64,000 bases of DNA from Oikopleura dioica (lineage: Eukaryota; Animalia; Chordata), in the NCBI GenBank assembly GCA_907165135.1, contig OU015566.1, forward strand, positions 13,826,001-13,890,000, read 5' to 3'. The translations under genes and the position numbers were made by a program. Each line of letters opens with the position of its first letter. Position 1 is the stretch's first letter. This document shows positions 36,130-46,802 of the stretch, one piece after another. The notes below the pieces were generated by a model that saw only the letters and a program-made list of their open reading frames with translations, did no database searches and was not told the DNA's origin.

Positions 36130-39100
36130 ATGTCGGGACTAGAAGTGATCGGAGCTGGTTTTGGGAGAACCGGGATGTTAAGTCTTTATACCGCTTTGAA
36201 CATGCTAGACGGGACTTCGTAAGTTCTCTTCCTTGATTTCATCAAATCAATTTTTCCGCAGTCCGTGTTATCACATGTTTGAAAATCTGAAATTCAACCA
36301 CAAGCGATTTTGGTTCCGGGCGAATGAAGCTTCAACGATTGAAGAGCGAGAACAAGCTCTCAAAGAAGTTCTCACTGATAAGGGCTACAAGGCCATTGTC
36401 GATTTCCCCGGCGCTGTTTTTTCGAGGACTTGATGCGAATGAGCCCAGACGCGAAAATTATCCTTTCAGAAACAAGCTCAAAAATAGTGAAAAGACCAAT
36501 TTCGCAGGAAAAAGTTGAGCTTTGAAAAGTGCGCGATTCCGCCGCAGCTTGGTCAAAATCAGTCGACGAGACGATTTTTTCAGAATACACGGGCGGTCGA
36601 AAAGCCTTTTGAAAATGCTCTTCCCTTTTGATCTCCATAAAATTGTTCTACGACCGGTTTTCTGGCTCCCGTTTTCGGACTTTGATCGAATGCAAAATGC
36701 GATCGAGCGAATGTTCCGCGGCGCTCCAGTCGATTATTCAAGAGCTGGGCTGGAAAAGTGCTACAATGACTGGATCGAACATGTCATCGCTACAGTACCA
36801 AAAGAAAAACTGCTGATTCACAATGCAAAAGAAGGCTGGAAACCGATTTGCGATTTTCTTGGCAAGCCAGTCCCTGATTGTCCTTATCCAAGAGTCAATG
36901 ATTCTGCTGGTAATTGACAAAGAAGAAATTACCGAGAGCGACAAATTTCACGACGGAGCGCGTAATACATTGGGGCATTTGCGCGTGCTTTTCTTGCCCC
37001 GATCTTTTGCTCTTTTGGCGCGCGAATTGCGCCGCGTGGGAATGGGTCCTCCGCGAAGAACAACAACAACCCCCCGTCTAGAAACATTTTCCACAATTCA
37101 CCTCTCTCAAGAATTCACCGAGGAAACTTTTTCTTTATTTAATTCTTCTCACTTTTGATTTATTTTAATAAAATTAATAAAGTAAATAATAATAATATGC
37201 TAATAATAATAATAGGAAATCTTAAAATTAAAAAAATATATATTCAAAACTTGTAATCAAAACCATAATATGGTTGTAAAAATTGTCAATTTCAATTTAA
37301 TAAACAATGGGTGTGGGTGGGGTTGGGGACGTAACTGAGATTGATCACCTCGGAGTTCCCAGCCATTATCAAGCCCCTTAAATTTAAAAATCATGGAACG
37401 GGGCTGAGACGGCCCGAAGGGCCGTCAAGCCCCTTAAATTTAAAAATCATGGAACGGGGCTGAGACGGCCCGAAGGGCCGTCAAGCCCCTTAAATTTAAA
37501 AATCATGGAACGGGGCTGAGACGGCCCGAAGGGCCGTCAAGCCCCTTAAATTTAAAAATCATGGAACGGGGCTGAGACGGCCCGAAGGGCCGTCAAGCCC
37601 TTAAATTTAAAAATCATGGAACGGGGCTGAGACGGCCCGAAGGGCCGTCAAGCCCCTTAAATTTAAAAATCATGGAACGGGGCTGAGACGGCCCGAAGGG
37701 CCGTCAAGCCCTTAAATTTAAAAATCATGGAACGGGGCTGAGACGGCCCGAAGGGCCGTCAAGCCCTTAAATTTAAAAATCATGGAACGGGGCTGAGACG
37801 GCCCGAAGGGCCGTCAAGCCCCTTAAATTTAAAAATCATGGAACGGGGCTGAGACGGCCCGAAGGGCCGTCAAGCCCCTTAAATTTAAAAATCATGGAAC
37901 GGGGCTGAGACGGCCCGAAGGGCCGTCAAGCCCCTTAAATTTAAAAATCATGGAACGGGGCTGAGACGGCCCGAAGGGCCGTCAAGCCCTTAAATTTAAA
38001 AATCATGGAACGGGGCTGAGACGGCCCGAAGGGCCGTCAAGCCCCTTAAATTTAAAAATCATGGAACGGGGCTGAGACGGCCCGAAGGGCCGTCAAGCCC
38101 TTAAATTTAAAAATCATGGAACGGGGCTGAGACGGCCCGAAGGGCCGTCAAGCCCTTAAATTTAAAAATCATGGAACGGGGCTGAGACGGCCCGAAGGGC
38201 CGTCAAGCCCCTTAAATTTAAAAATCATGGAACGGGGCTGAGACGGCCCGAAGGGCCGTCAAGCCCCTTAAATTTAAAAATCATGGAACGGGGCTGAGAC
38301 GGCCCGAAGGGCCGTCAAGCCCTTAAATTTAAAAATCATGGAACGGGGCTGAGACGGCCCGAAGGGCCGTCAAGCCCCTTAAATTTAAAAATCATGGAAC
38401 GGGGCTGAGACGGCCCGAAGGGCCGTCAAGCCCTTAAATTTAAAAATCATGGAACGGGGCTGAGACGGCCCGAAGGGCCGTCAAGCCCTTAAATTTAAAA
38501 ATCATGGAACGGGGCTGAGACGGCCCGAAGGGCCGTCAAGCCCTTAAATTTAAAAATCATGGAACGGGGCTGAGACGGCCCGAAGGGCCGTCAAGCCCCT
38601 TAAATTTAAAAATCATGGAACGGGGCTGAGACGGCCCGAACAACATCTTCCAATCTCTGGTTTTCCAGGAAGGCCGGTCTTCCACCTGAAAAAGTCCTCC
38701 AAGGGTCCTCCAAGAGTCACATGATTAAGATTTTTCGAAATGATTATCTGTTTATAATTTATAGATCAAGTAATCTAAAATAGTCTTTGTTAGACCTATC
38801 TTCCATCAATTGGGTCTTCCACCAGATAAGGGTCCTCCATCAGGCATGGGAAAATACTAGAATGCGCGCAAAACAGTCAAAATCCCCGGCCGGCCTCACA
38901 GACTCCGTCGTGAAGTTTGTCGCTCTCGGTATAAGTTTGAGATTTTTTTCAGAGATGAAGTTCAAACTTCTGCTTGGAGAAACATTCGCTGTGCTTTCCA
39001 TTGCAGTTTTCTATGGTGGTCTCTTTTTCGCGGGGAAATCCGCGAACGAAGCTGGTTATTTTGACGTTTTGAAGAAATCATCATCAATTTTCTTCAATAA

Positions 39101-39173
39101 ATCAGTCAATTATAAATACACCCTCTCATTCATCATTAAATTAAAACAACTATTTCCCGTATTCAGTACATAA
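36130..39173 (+). CDS. Sulfotransferase-family P-loop protein (Sulfotransfer_4-like) with C-terminal TM; two -1 frameshifts as assembled
   Basis: VIGAGFGRTG, PCYHM, VDFP, PDAKIIL-VRDS, VPKEKLL...EGWKPICDFLGKPVPDCPYPRVND. Last intron 36910-38952; last exon 38953-39173. Confidence 0.8.
36932..38929. mobile_element. About 2.0-kb non-autonomous TIR element with TA TSD (Tc1/mariner-like ends) carrying a satellite
   Basis: 27-bp TIR CCGAGAGCGACAAA(T/C)TTCACGACGGAG; TA at 36930-36931 and 38930-38931. No transposase seen. Confidence 0.85.
37370..38640. repeat. Tandem minisatellite: 23 units of 55-56 bp, last unit truncated
   Basis: Unit CAAGCCC(C)TTAAATTTAAAAATCATGGAACGGGGCTGAGACGGCCCGAAGGGCCGT; only the C3/C4 run varies. 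Confidence 0.98.
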
Positions 39174-39726
39174 ATAAGAATCAGCTTCGATGATGTAAGA
39201 AATCCCATAAACGGGTCCATAAAAGGAGGGGAGAATAAAATTATGAAAATCAAATCGATCGGTATAAAATTGATCAGCCGAGTTTATTTTGCGGTTGATT
39301 GAGTTTTCGAGAGACGCGACAAAAACAGGAATTCGAGTGAAAAAATTGAAAATAATAAATTTAAATAATTTCATAAGCTAACTGATTCATTCGAAGATAT
39401 TCTTTTTGAAGCAAAGATTAATTTTAAAATAATTTTTATCAGGAAATTGAAATTTTCTCCAGTTTTGGACGAATTCTTTTGGCGAGGCAAAATCTGTTGT
39501 AAATAGCGCAGCAGCTTTTGCTGAAAAGGGGCCCTTTAGAAAATCTGCCATTAAAACGCACAAATGGCCTTTCATCGGAAGCAACTGTTCGAGCCCTTAC
39601 TAGAAACAGAGCAAAACGGAAGATTCCAGTTTTTCATGAATTTGGCGCGTTTTTTCTTTTTAATCTTCGGCTGATTAATTTTTGTGATTTTTGGATTTTT
39701 TGGCAGAGAGGGAAAAAAACTCGAAA

Positions 39727-41488
39727 AATGGAGAGAGGCATGAGGGAGAGAAGAAACAGATTTGCAAGAAGAACGACGACTTTGGTCAATGGTAGAAATA
39801 ATTCATGTTTCTGTTGTTTACTGTTCTTTGTTTATGAGAGCATGTTTGTTCAATGTTTAGTTAGAGTTAGTTGCTGGAATTTTTTTTGGTAAACAAGTGA
39901 TTATTTTAAAGCAGACACAGATGACTTCCAAACCCAGTTAAAGGACCGATTCAAAAAGAAAACATAATTTGGTCGTTACTGAAAATGTCACGACTGTCAC
40001 GAAAATGACGAAAACAAGATAATTTCGAGATATTCCAGTCAAGAAAACTTATTGACAATTCCGACAATTTGTGCTCATGTGACAAACAGACGCGTAAAAA
40101 ATATTAGAAAAGTCACGATTGTTACGAAAGTCACGAAAATCGTTGATTTTTCGACATTTTTTTCACTAAATATACTTAAAGTATAAAAAATAAATTATTT
40201 TCGTGACATCGTGACGTTTCTGACTTTCGTGACATTTTGAAGGCATTTTAACTTTTAAAAACCATCTTTTCGTTATTCCATTATTGTCACGAAATTATCG
40301 TGATCGGCAAAAAGGCGCTCCAAACTCGAGTTGAAAAGAAGCAAGAAGAAGCGCTGGCGAAGCAAGAATCCATCGATCGGGCGAAGGAATCTGTGGAAAC
40401 GATCATGAGCGACATGGCGGAAATTATTCATCAGTACATTCATCACAGGAATTTTTTCTTTCGAAAACCGTGATTTTTCGCTTTGAAAATTTGTTGAAAG
40501 AAAAAGACTCTATCACTCAAAAACTGGCGGCTTCGATTACAGGCGACTTTCTGTTTGCCAAGAATATACCAGCGAAATTGTCAAAATGGGCATTGAATTC
40601 GAAAACTGCTACCCCTCCCTTTTCGCGGATATTTCCAAGCAATTACGGTTTGTTGGACGACTCGTTTATGATTTCAATGGATGATTCTAGCGTTGATTTG
40701 GCTGATCACAAGACAATTACGCTGGTGATTCAGGATTTTAGCGAAAACCTCTTTGCAGCAAAGAAAATTAACTGGTTTGTGATTATAAGGACCGGCTCTG
40801 AAATCAACGAGGAGAGCCTTTTCTTCAGAGTTTCATAGGAAAATTAAGGGGGTAACGGCTTCTAATTCACTTTCTTCAAAAACATTCGCGATTTTATTTT
40901 TTTTTTCGCTCGAAAATTTTCCTTTTTGAAAATATGAATCGACCTTTTCTGTTCTTTAGGAGGCCATCCCCTTAATTCCTGTTAAAAAATAAGGGTATCA
41001 CTTAGCTAACAAATCAAAAAAAAATGCGGGCCAAAGGTTCAAGGCCGTTCAAATCCTTATTTTTGAGCCCATAAAGTCTTATTTGCTTTGCTGCCTCGGT
41101 AGCATCTGACTTGGCGAAAAATGGTCATTCGGAATTGATCAATACTATCCCAAAAACTGTGGTGAAAGAAGGAATGAAAGCAAATGCGATAAGTTGGATT
41201 CAAGCGCGCGGCGGCTGGTCTGGAATTATGGAATACATCAAAAACGACGAGATTGAACGAATGAAGAGGAAGAACAAATTGAGCCACATTGTCGAGGAAA
41301 ACTGCGATGGTAAGAGGGAAAAACTGGTTGTGACAAAAAATTGTTCAGAGGAGACGGAATCGGACAATTTGAACTACCAGCCGTATTTTGAAGTGATGCG
41401 AGGATTGGACGTCATCTGGCAGCTGCCGCTCAAGATTCGACTTTGCATGCTTTTTATTTTTATTGTTCTGCTCTTTTTGATTAAATGA
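39727..41488 (+). CDS. Divergent Bcl-2 family protein with C-terminal TM anchor
   Basis: BH4-like MAEIIHQYIHH; BH1-like LFAAKKINWFVIISLICFAA (GA-AG intron 40790-41076); BH2 WIQARGGWSG; tail LCMLFIFIVLLFLIK*. The 5' exons are uncertain. Confidence 0.8.
39975..40250. mobile_element. MITE-like element with repeated GTCACGA subterminal motifs, intronic in the Bcl-2-like gene
   Basis: AAAATGTCACGA ... TCGTGACATTTT inverted ends with multiple internal motif copies. Confidence 0.55.
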
Positions 41489-42035
41489 CCAGTTATGCGA
41501 TTTTCTTCTTGTAAGGAATCCTCTTGTTATCAAAACAGGGCAATTTTATGTTCAATTGTATTTGATTTTATTCTTGTTGACAAGAGCTTTTTTTAAGAGA
41601 ATTTTTTTGTTAGGAGTAGCCAAAATGCCGAAAATCTTGGACAATTTTAAACTTGAAAATTGAAAAACAATCGCGCTTTCAAGAAAATAAGTGGAAAATC
41701 TCTCCGCAAGATCGCACAGATTCAAATTTACTCAGGGGTCTTGATTCGCTGGGCGAATTCGCTCATCCCCTTCCTCGCTGTGAAATTTGCGAACAGCTGT
41801 TTCTTCACATTTAAACCAACAAATTTTCCCATTTTTCATATGACATCTAAAAATGTAGCTTTTGCATAAAAAATATTCCGTAAAAAAGAGCCATAAGAAG
41901 ATGTTTCTTATCACTCCTAAATTTTTCAAATAAATGCTACTACTACGCTCCAGGATCAAATCAAAAACCATATTTCTGTTATGTATCATAATATCATGGA
42001 TGATAACATCTTTAAATTGTAATAAATAACGTCTT

Positions 42036-43278
42036 TTATTCATAAATAATTTTGTACTGATTAGGATGTTGCGTTTTGAAATGTCTTCTGAGGTGGTCTG
42101 TGCGCTTGAATCGTTTGTCGCAGACGGAGCATTTGTAGAGACGTATGTCTAGGTGGTTGTGGTAGTGGCGCTGCAGCTGTTCTGTCCGCCTAAACGACCG
42201 GATCGGCACTTGGAGGACATTGCAAAAGACGCACTTGTATCGCAAATTGTCTGAAAATGGGGCAAAGGGATTCAAGAGCGGGTTACCTGCTGTATCTTTG
42301 CTTCCATGAGGCCTGACTAGTCCCGCATCGACGAGAAGCTTCGCCTGTTCAAATGTAAATCTGAGGCATTCCGGCCCAATCGCTCGTTGAATCAAATTTT
42401 CAAGTCTTCTTTGGTCATCTCTCAGCGGCAATTGAGCCCTGAGCAATGTTCTATCCGTCAGAGCAAGTCTGTAGTTGTGCCCTAAAAAGAGACATCAGGA
42501 GTACTCGAGGAGGAACATAAAAACAAGAATTTTTATTGACCAAGGACAAGGCGGTCAATTATGGCAGTCCGGAGAGATAAATTACGCCGCGGAGGGGGTT
42601 ATGAACGGGGTAATAAGGAGTCCCTTCATTTCATTAACGATCGTAATAATACACCCAAGAGCTATTGCCAAGGACTAGCTTGGTGAATTCTTGGGGATAA
42701 CGGATTGTTGGTCAGAAAATCAACCGCCCTCCTCCTTGATTTCAAAGCTTATATCTTCACTACTGTACCTTGAATAGAGCTTTCTATACTTGCAGAACTG
42801 TGGGCTGAATCTTCTAGTGACAGAATTGAAGGAGATGGTAGCGCGGAAATGTCACTAGAAGCGATCGATTGGCTCTCAGACTCGGACGCTTCAGAGGCTC
42901 CTCTTCCTTCTCCAGCTCTAGAATTCTGAGCGTTGAGGGATGCCAGCGCTTCCAGTAGATGTTGAGCTTGTGCTTGTCGCTGGAGGCTACAGTAAGAGTG
43001 GCTCAGTAAGGTCGGGAAAAGGAAATTACTTACCATTCCATTACTAGAAGTCGCTGGATTACTGATTGTTGTGGAGGATTTTGAGGAGCTGGGGGCTGAA
43101 AACGGGGTGAAAGGAAGGGAAAAAGGGTTGAACTTACTGTATTCTCTGTAACTGAGGGATTGTTGGAAGCAACAGCAGCATTAATAATGGCTAGTTGTCT
43201 CAGTAGATTCATCTGTACTTGTTGAATGTTACTCTGCTGCAAGTTATTAGTATTGCTATTGTTGTCACTGCTGCTCAT
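42036..43278 (-). CDS. C2H2 zinc-finger transcription factor (2 fingers, Q/S-rich N-terminus)
   Basis: Three exons; YKCVFC...HYHNH and YKCSVCDKRFKRTDHLRRHFKTQH. Confidence 0.85.
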
Positions 43279-43646
43279 CTTTTTTTATCAAGAGAGGTTG
43301 TTTTTCTGCTGAAGATTTCTCGGAAAAGATAGGAAGAGCGGGAGAGCGAGTGGTAGTACTTCGAGGAGTGTGTACCTCGCCCCTCTTTATGACAATATAT
43401 TAATTTGCTCGTTTTTCTCGATTTTTACGACAAAGTCACTGACTTAATTATCTTACCAACGCTTTTTTGGGTCTCTCTCTTTGAGGAGGTGAAGAATCAT
43501 GGCGGCGGAGTTCTAGGCTCTAGAAAATCAGGACGTTTTTGTACATTTATTCATACAGAAGTGCTCTGATTGGGTTTGATACAGAAAAAGCAGGCAAGAA
43601 ATTCATAACAATTGGAGTTCCAGAAGGCTTTTTTAGTCACGTGAAG

Positions 43647-44030
43647 TCGGACAAGAATGTAGAGCAAAAACGGAGTGCTGAAAATAATTTAAGGGTATAC
43701 GGCCCATAAAAATTTGGGTCATAAAAGTCGATCAAAAGCTTGGTTTTTTGTTAATAAAGTGACACCCTTATTTTGATTCAGTAATAACAAATCGATTCTT
43801 TTAGAATCGTAAGATAAAAATAAGGGTGTCACTTGATAAAAAGAAGCCGGACGAGAATGTAGAGCAAAAATAGAGTGCTGAAAAAATGGTAATTTAAGGG
43901 TATACAACCCATAAAAAATGTGGCCATGGAAGTCGATGTCAAGCTTATTTTTTGTTAATAAAGTGACACCCTTATTTTAGCTCAAAATTCTTTCAGAATC
44001 GAAAAGTAAAAATTAGGGTGTCACTTGCTA
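43647..44030. repeat. Two tandem copies of an about 200-bp unit, each with a GTGACACCCTTATTTT...AAAATAAGGGTGTCAC hairpin
   Basis: AGAATGTAGAGCAAAAA at 43654 and 43854. Confidence 0.8.
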
Positions 44031-44707
44031 AAATTCCTTCAGAATCGTCTTTAAATCAGAAATTGGAGAAAATTAACCTGAGATAAATCAGCAGTCTCCA
44101 GGCCAGGCAGCTTATAAAACTCATCGTTTTTTTTTCGTTTTTTTATTTTATTTTATTACGCTCTTTTACTTCTTTTCGGGGCTCGTGCTTTTTATTGAAA
44201 CTCAAGGCCAGCAGCCTGGATAATACAGTATTATTGGATCTGGTGTTGGATTGCCATGTTTCATTTTTCATGTTTCTGTCCACTCAGCGATTCTTTGGAA
44301 AAGAAGGAAGTTACGTGAGAGTATTCTGAAGAGCGATTTCGTTAGTTCATGAAAAAGCGGCTTAGACAAGCGGATTACGAAACCCTAAGTAACGCTAAGC
44401 AAAGCTGGTAGCTGGCTCCTGTCTAACCTGTGCGATTTTAGCCGAGATTTAGCTGTTGACGGAAAAACGTGAAAAAAGACGAACACGCGGTTGGCTGATT
44501 TTTACGGTCACAAAGTTTCGCTGTTAAAAAATTTAACGAGAAAAAAATTTTTTTTTTGAAAAAAAAATATATTTATTGAAATGAATGACTCTTGTTTTGA
44601 AAATGGGGCGTTCCTTTGGCACGTTCCATATTTACTTTTCAAAGAGTCAAAATTTCGCAAAATTCATTTCTAAAAAAATTCATTTTTACCCAAAATCTGC
44701 ACCGAAA

Positions 44708-45600
44708 ATGCTTCTTTTTGTATATGGAACGCTGAAGAGAGGATTTTCAAACTACCACGAGATGGAGAAATTAGAGGGAACTTTCATAAGCGAAGCTCAA
44801 ACGGTCCGCGAATTTCCGCTCGGTAACTTTTGAACTTTTCACTTCAAAATTGATGGCTTCAGTTGTTGCCACTGAATGCGGAATTCCAGCGCTCCTGAAT
44901 CTCCCTGGTCATTTCAAGGGGAGTAGAGTTACTGGCTGGCCTCGGCAACCTGCGTAGAAAGCCTGAGTCAAGGTTTGGAAGAACTGAAATGAAAAGCCGC
45001 GCAGCGGCTTTTTTAAAAACGAAGCCGCGAAGCGGCTTCGCCAAAATTTCTGTTAGATTGTATTGGTAATATTGCCTGCGCGGCTTTTCATTTCAGTTCT
45101 TCCAAACCTTGACTCAGGCTTTCTACACAGGTTGCCGAGGCCAGGTAAATGGAGAACTGTGGGAGATTCCAGAGAAGATGATGGCAGCTGTTGATGAATT
45201 TGAAGCTCATGTGGGTTCTATTTTTCTTTCTCGAGGGGTGAACCTTATTTTTAGCCAGAGTTGTATACAAGATTGGACGAAAAAGTCCAGCGATTTGACA
45301 ATAAAGAAATCGTTACTGCGGGAATGTATTTTATCGACCAACCAAAAGCTCGGCTCGAAAACCTTTGTGGAAAACCTGAGTCAGGGTTTGAATAGCGGCT
45401 TATTTTGGAAAAGCGGGTCTTTCAAATCCTGACTCAGGTTTTCCACACAGGTTTCCGAACCAAGCGGAAAAGACGAGCTTCTGGAGCAAGAATCCTTTGA
45501 TACTTATAATGAGGATAAACAGAAGAAGTATAATGGACGATGGAATGAATTGTCAGTGGAAGAGCGAAAGAGATTTCTGATTTCGAAAATGAAAAAATAA
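44708..45600 (+). CDS. GGACT: Gamma-glutamylaminecyclotransferase-like protein
   Basis: LFVYGTLKRG, FPLVV...IPALLNLPG, VNGELW...VDEFEAHPELYTR. Introns 44823-44862, 44928-45144, 45211-45254, plus one spanning about 45349-45464. Confidence 0.85.
44936..45144. mobile_element. MITE family 1 copy forming GGACT intron 2
   Basis: About 69-bp arms with 1 mismatch, starting CTGGCCTCGGCAACCTG; flanks GTTACTGG and GTAAATGG. Confidence 0.9.
45349..45464. mobile_element. Short MITE family 1 copy interrupting the GGACT coding sequence
   Basis: TIRs CTCGGCTCGAAAACCT... and ...AGGTTTCCGAACCAAG; read-through hits TAG. Confidence 0.8.
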
Positions 45601-46614
45601 AAAAGATTGTTTTTGAATTTACCCGGTCTTAGTTTTTTTTTCTTTTTGTCAGCCACGAAGGATAAATAGCGCGGTCGGTTTATAGAACTTGCATCACGTG
45701 GTGTGATTGTTTCGGAGCATCACATCAGCGTCGCCGCTGAAAAATGGGAATGGTGCGCCACGGAGCGCGCGCTCCACCGCCAACTCGGAAACGACTCGCA
45801 ATTTTTCATCGGACAGTAAACTAAAGTTTCGCGCTCGCCAAAAGCCTAAATATAATACATATTTGCAAAAGGCGATCTTCATTAATTCTTTCGAATAAAA
45901 AGAGAAATCAACTTGCAATTGAATCATGACTGCTACTTCCAGTTCAGGTAAAATTATCATTAAGTATTTTTAAAAATTGTTGAAAAACCTGATGTTTAAT
46001 CGTTCATTTGGCGTTTAAGATATTTTATTCAATAAAATCAACTAAATTTAATTTTCAAAATATATGTAGAGCTTATAATTAGTCGATTTATGGTTTTAGA
46101 ATTTCTTTAATGAACAAAATTTCATTTTTTTAAAGATTCGGAGGCTCGAAATTTTGATTGGCTGAAAAAACATCTCACGCTTTTTGATTGGCTCTCTTAG
46201 AAAAATCTAGCTTTTTTTTCATAAATTCTTCTTTGAACACTAAAAAGCCAATCCTTGTAAAAAATGAACTTTTTTTTTCTTCAAATCAAATCGGAGATTT
46301 ATTTTTCCAACTTTCTGTGACCTTCTTTTTTGTTCTCCCAACTAATCAGATTTCTGTTTTCCCCGACGCTGCTCTGTCAGAGTGTATGCTTCAGGTGCGA
46401 ATAGTTCCCGCGCTAGAATTATGCGCCACACACGCGACGTTTGTTAATTTAATTTCTTACTGCATCACTCGATCCCAATTTTAAATATTTAATCGGCTGT
46501 TCATCAAGCAATTAGGAAACATGAGAAAGGGGAAATTTTATTTTTTCCTAATTGGCGTTTGTTTTTGCTTATTTTTCTTGCACTGCAAAATAATGAGCAC
46601 ACAAGTGATGAAAT

Positions 46615-46802
46615 TCCTGAGTCAGGCTTTGAACCGTTGAAATATTAAGCCGCGCAGCGGCTTTCTCAAAAACGAAGTCGCAAAGCGGCTTCGCCAATAT
46701 TTACAAAAAAGACTTTTTGTAATTTTGGCGAAGCCGCTATGCGGCTTTTTGTTTGAGCGCTTCAAAACCTGACTCAGGTTTTTTAAACAGGTTTTCGAAC
46801 CC
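46615..46802. mobile_element. Partial MITE family 1 copy
   Basis: CCTGAGTCAGG and GAAGCCGC palindromes; left TIR missing. Confidence 0.7.

Noticed and set aside
36823-37158. ORF as the last exon of the sulfotransferase gene
   Set aside because: It would need a 16-nt intron and lies inside the TA-flanked element; the exon at 38953 gives a better C-terminus.
37400-37430. CTGA-GA-stem in the repeat unit resembling a hammerhead ribozyme core
   Set aside because: It lacks N7 of CUGANGA and the GAAA after stem II; no stems I/III or cleavage triplet.
37370-38640. Palindromic repeat plus spacer pattern resembling a CRISPR array
   Set aside because: The spacers are identical, there are no cas genes, and the context is a eukaryotic intron. 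It is a tandem satellite.
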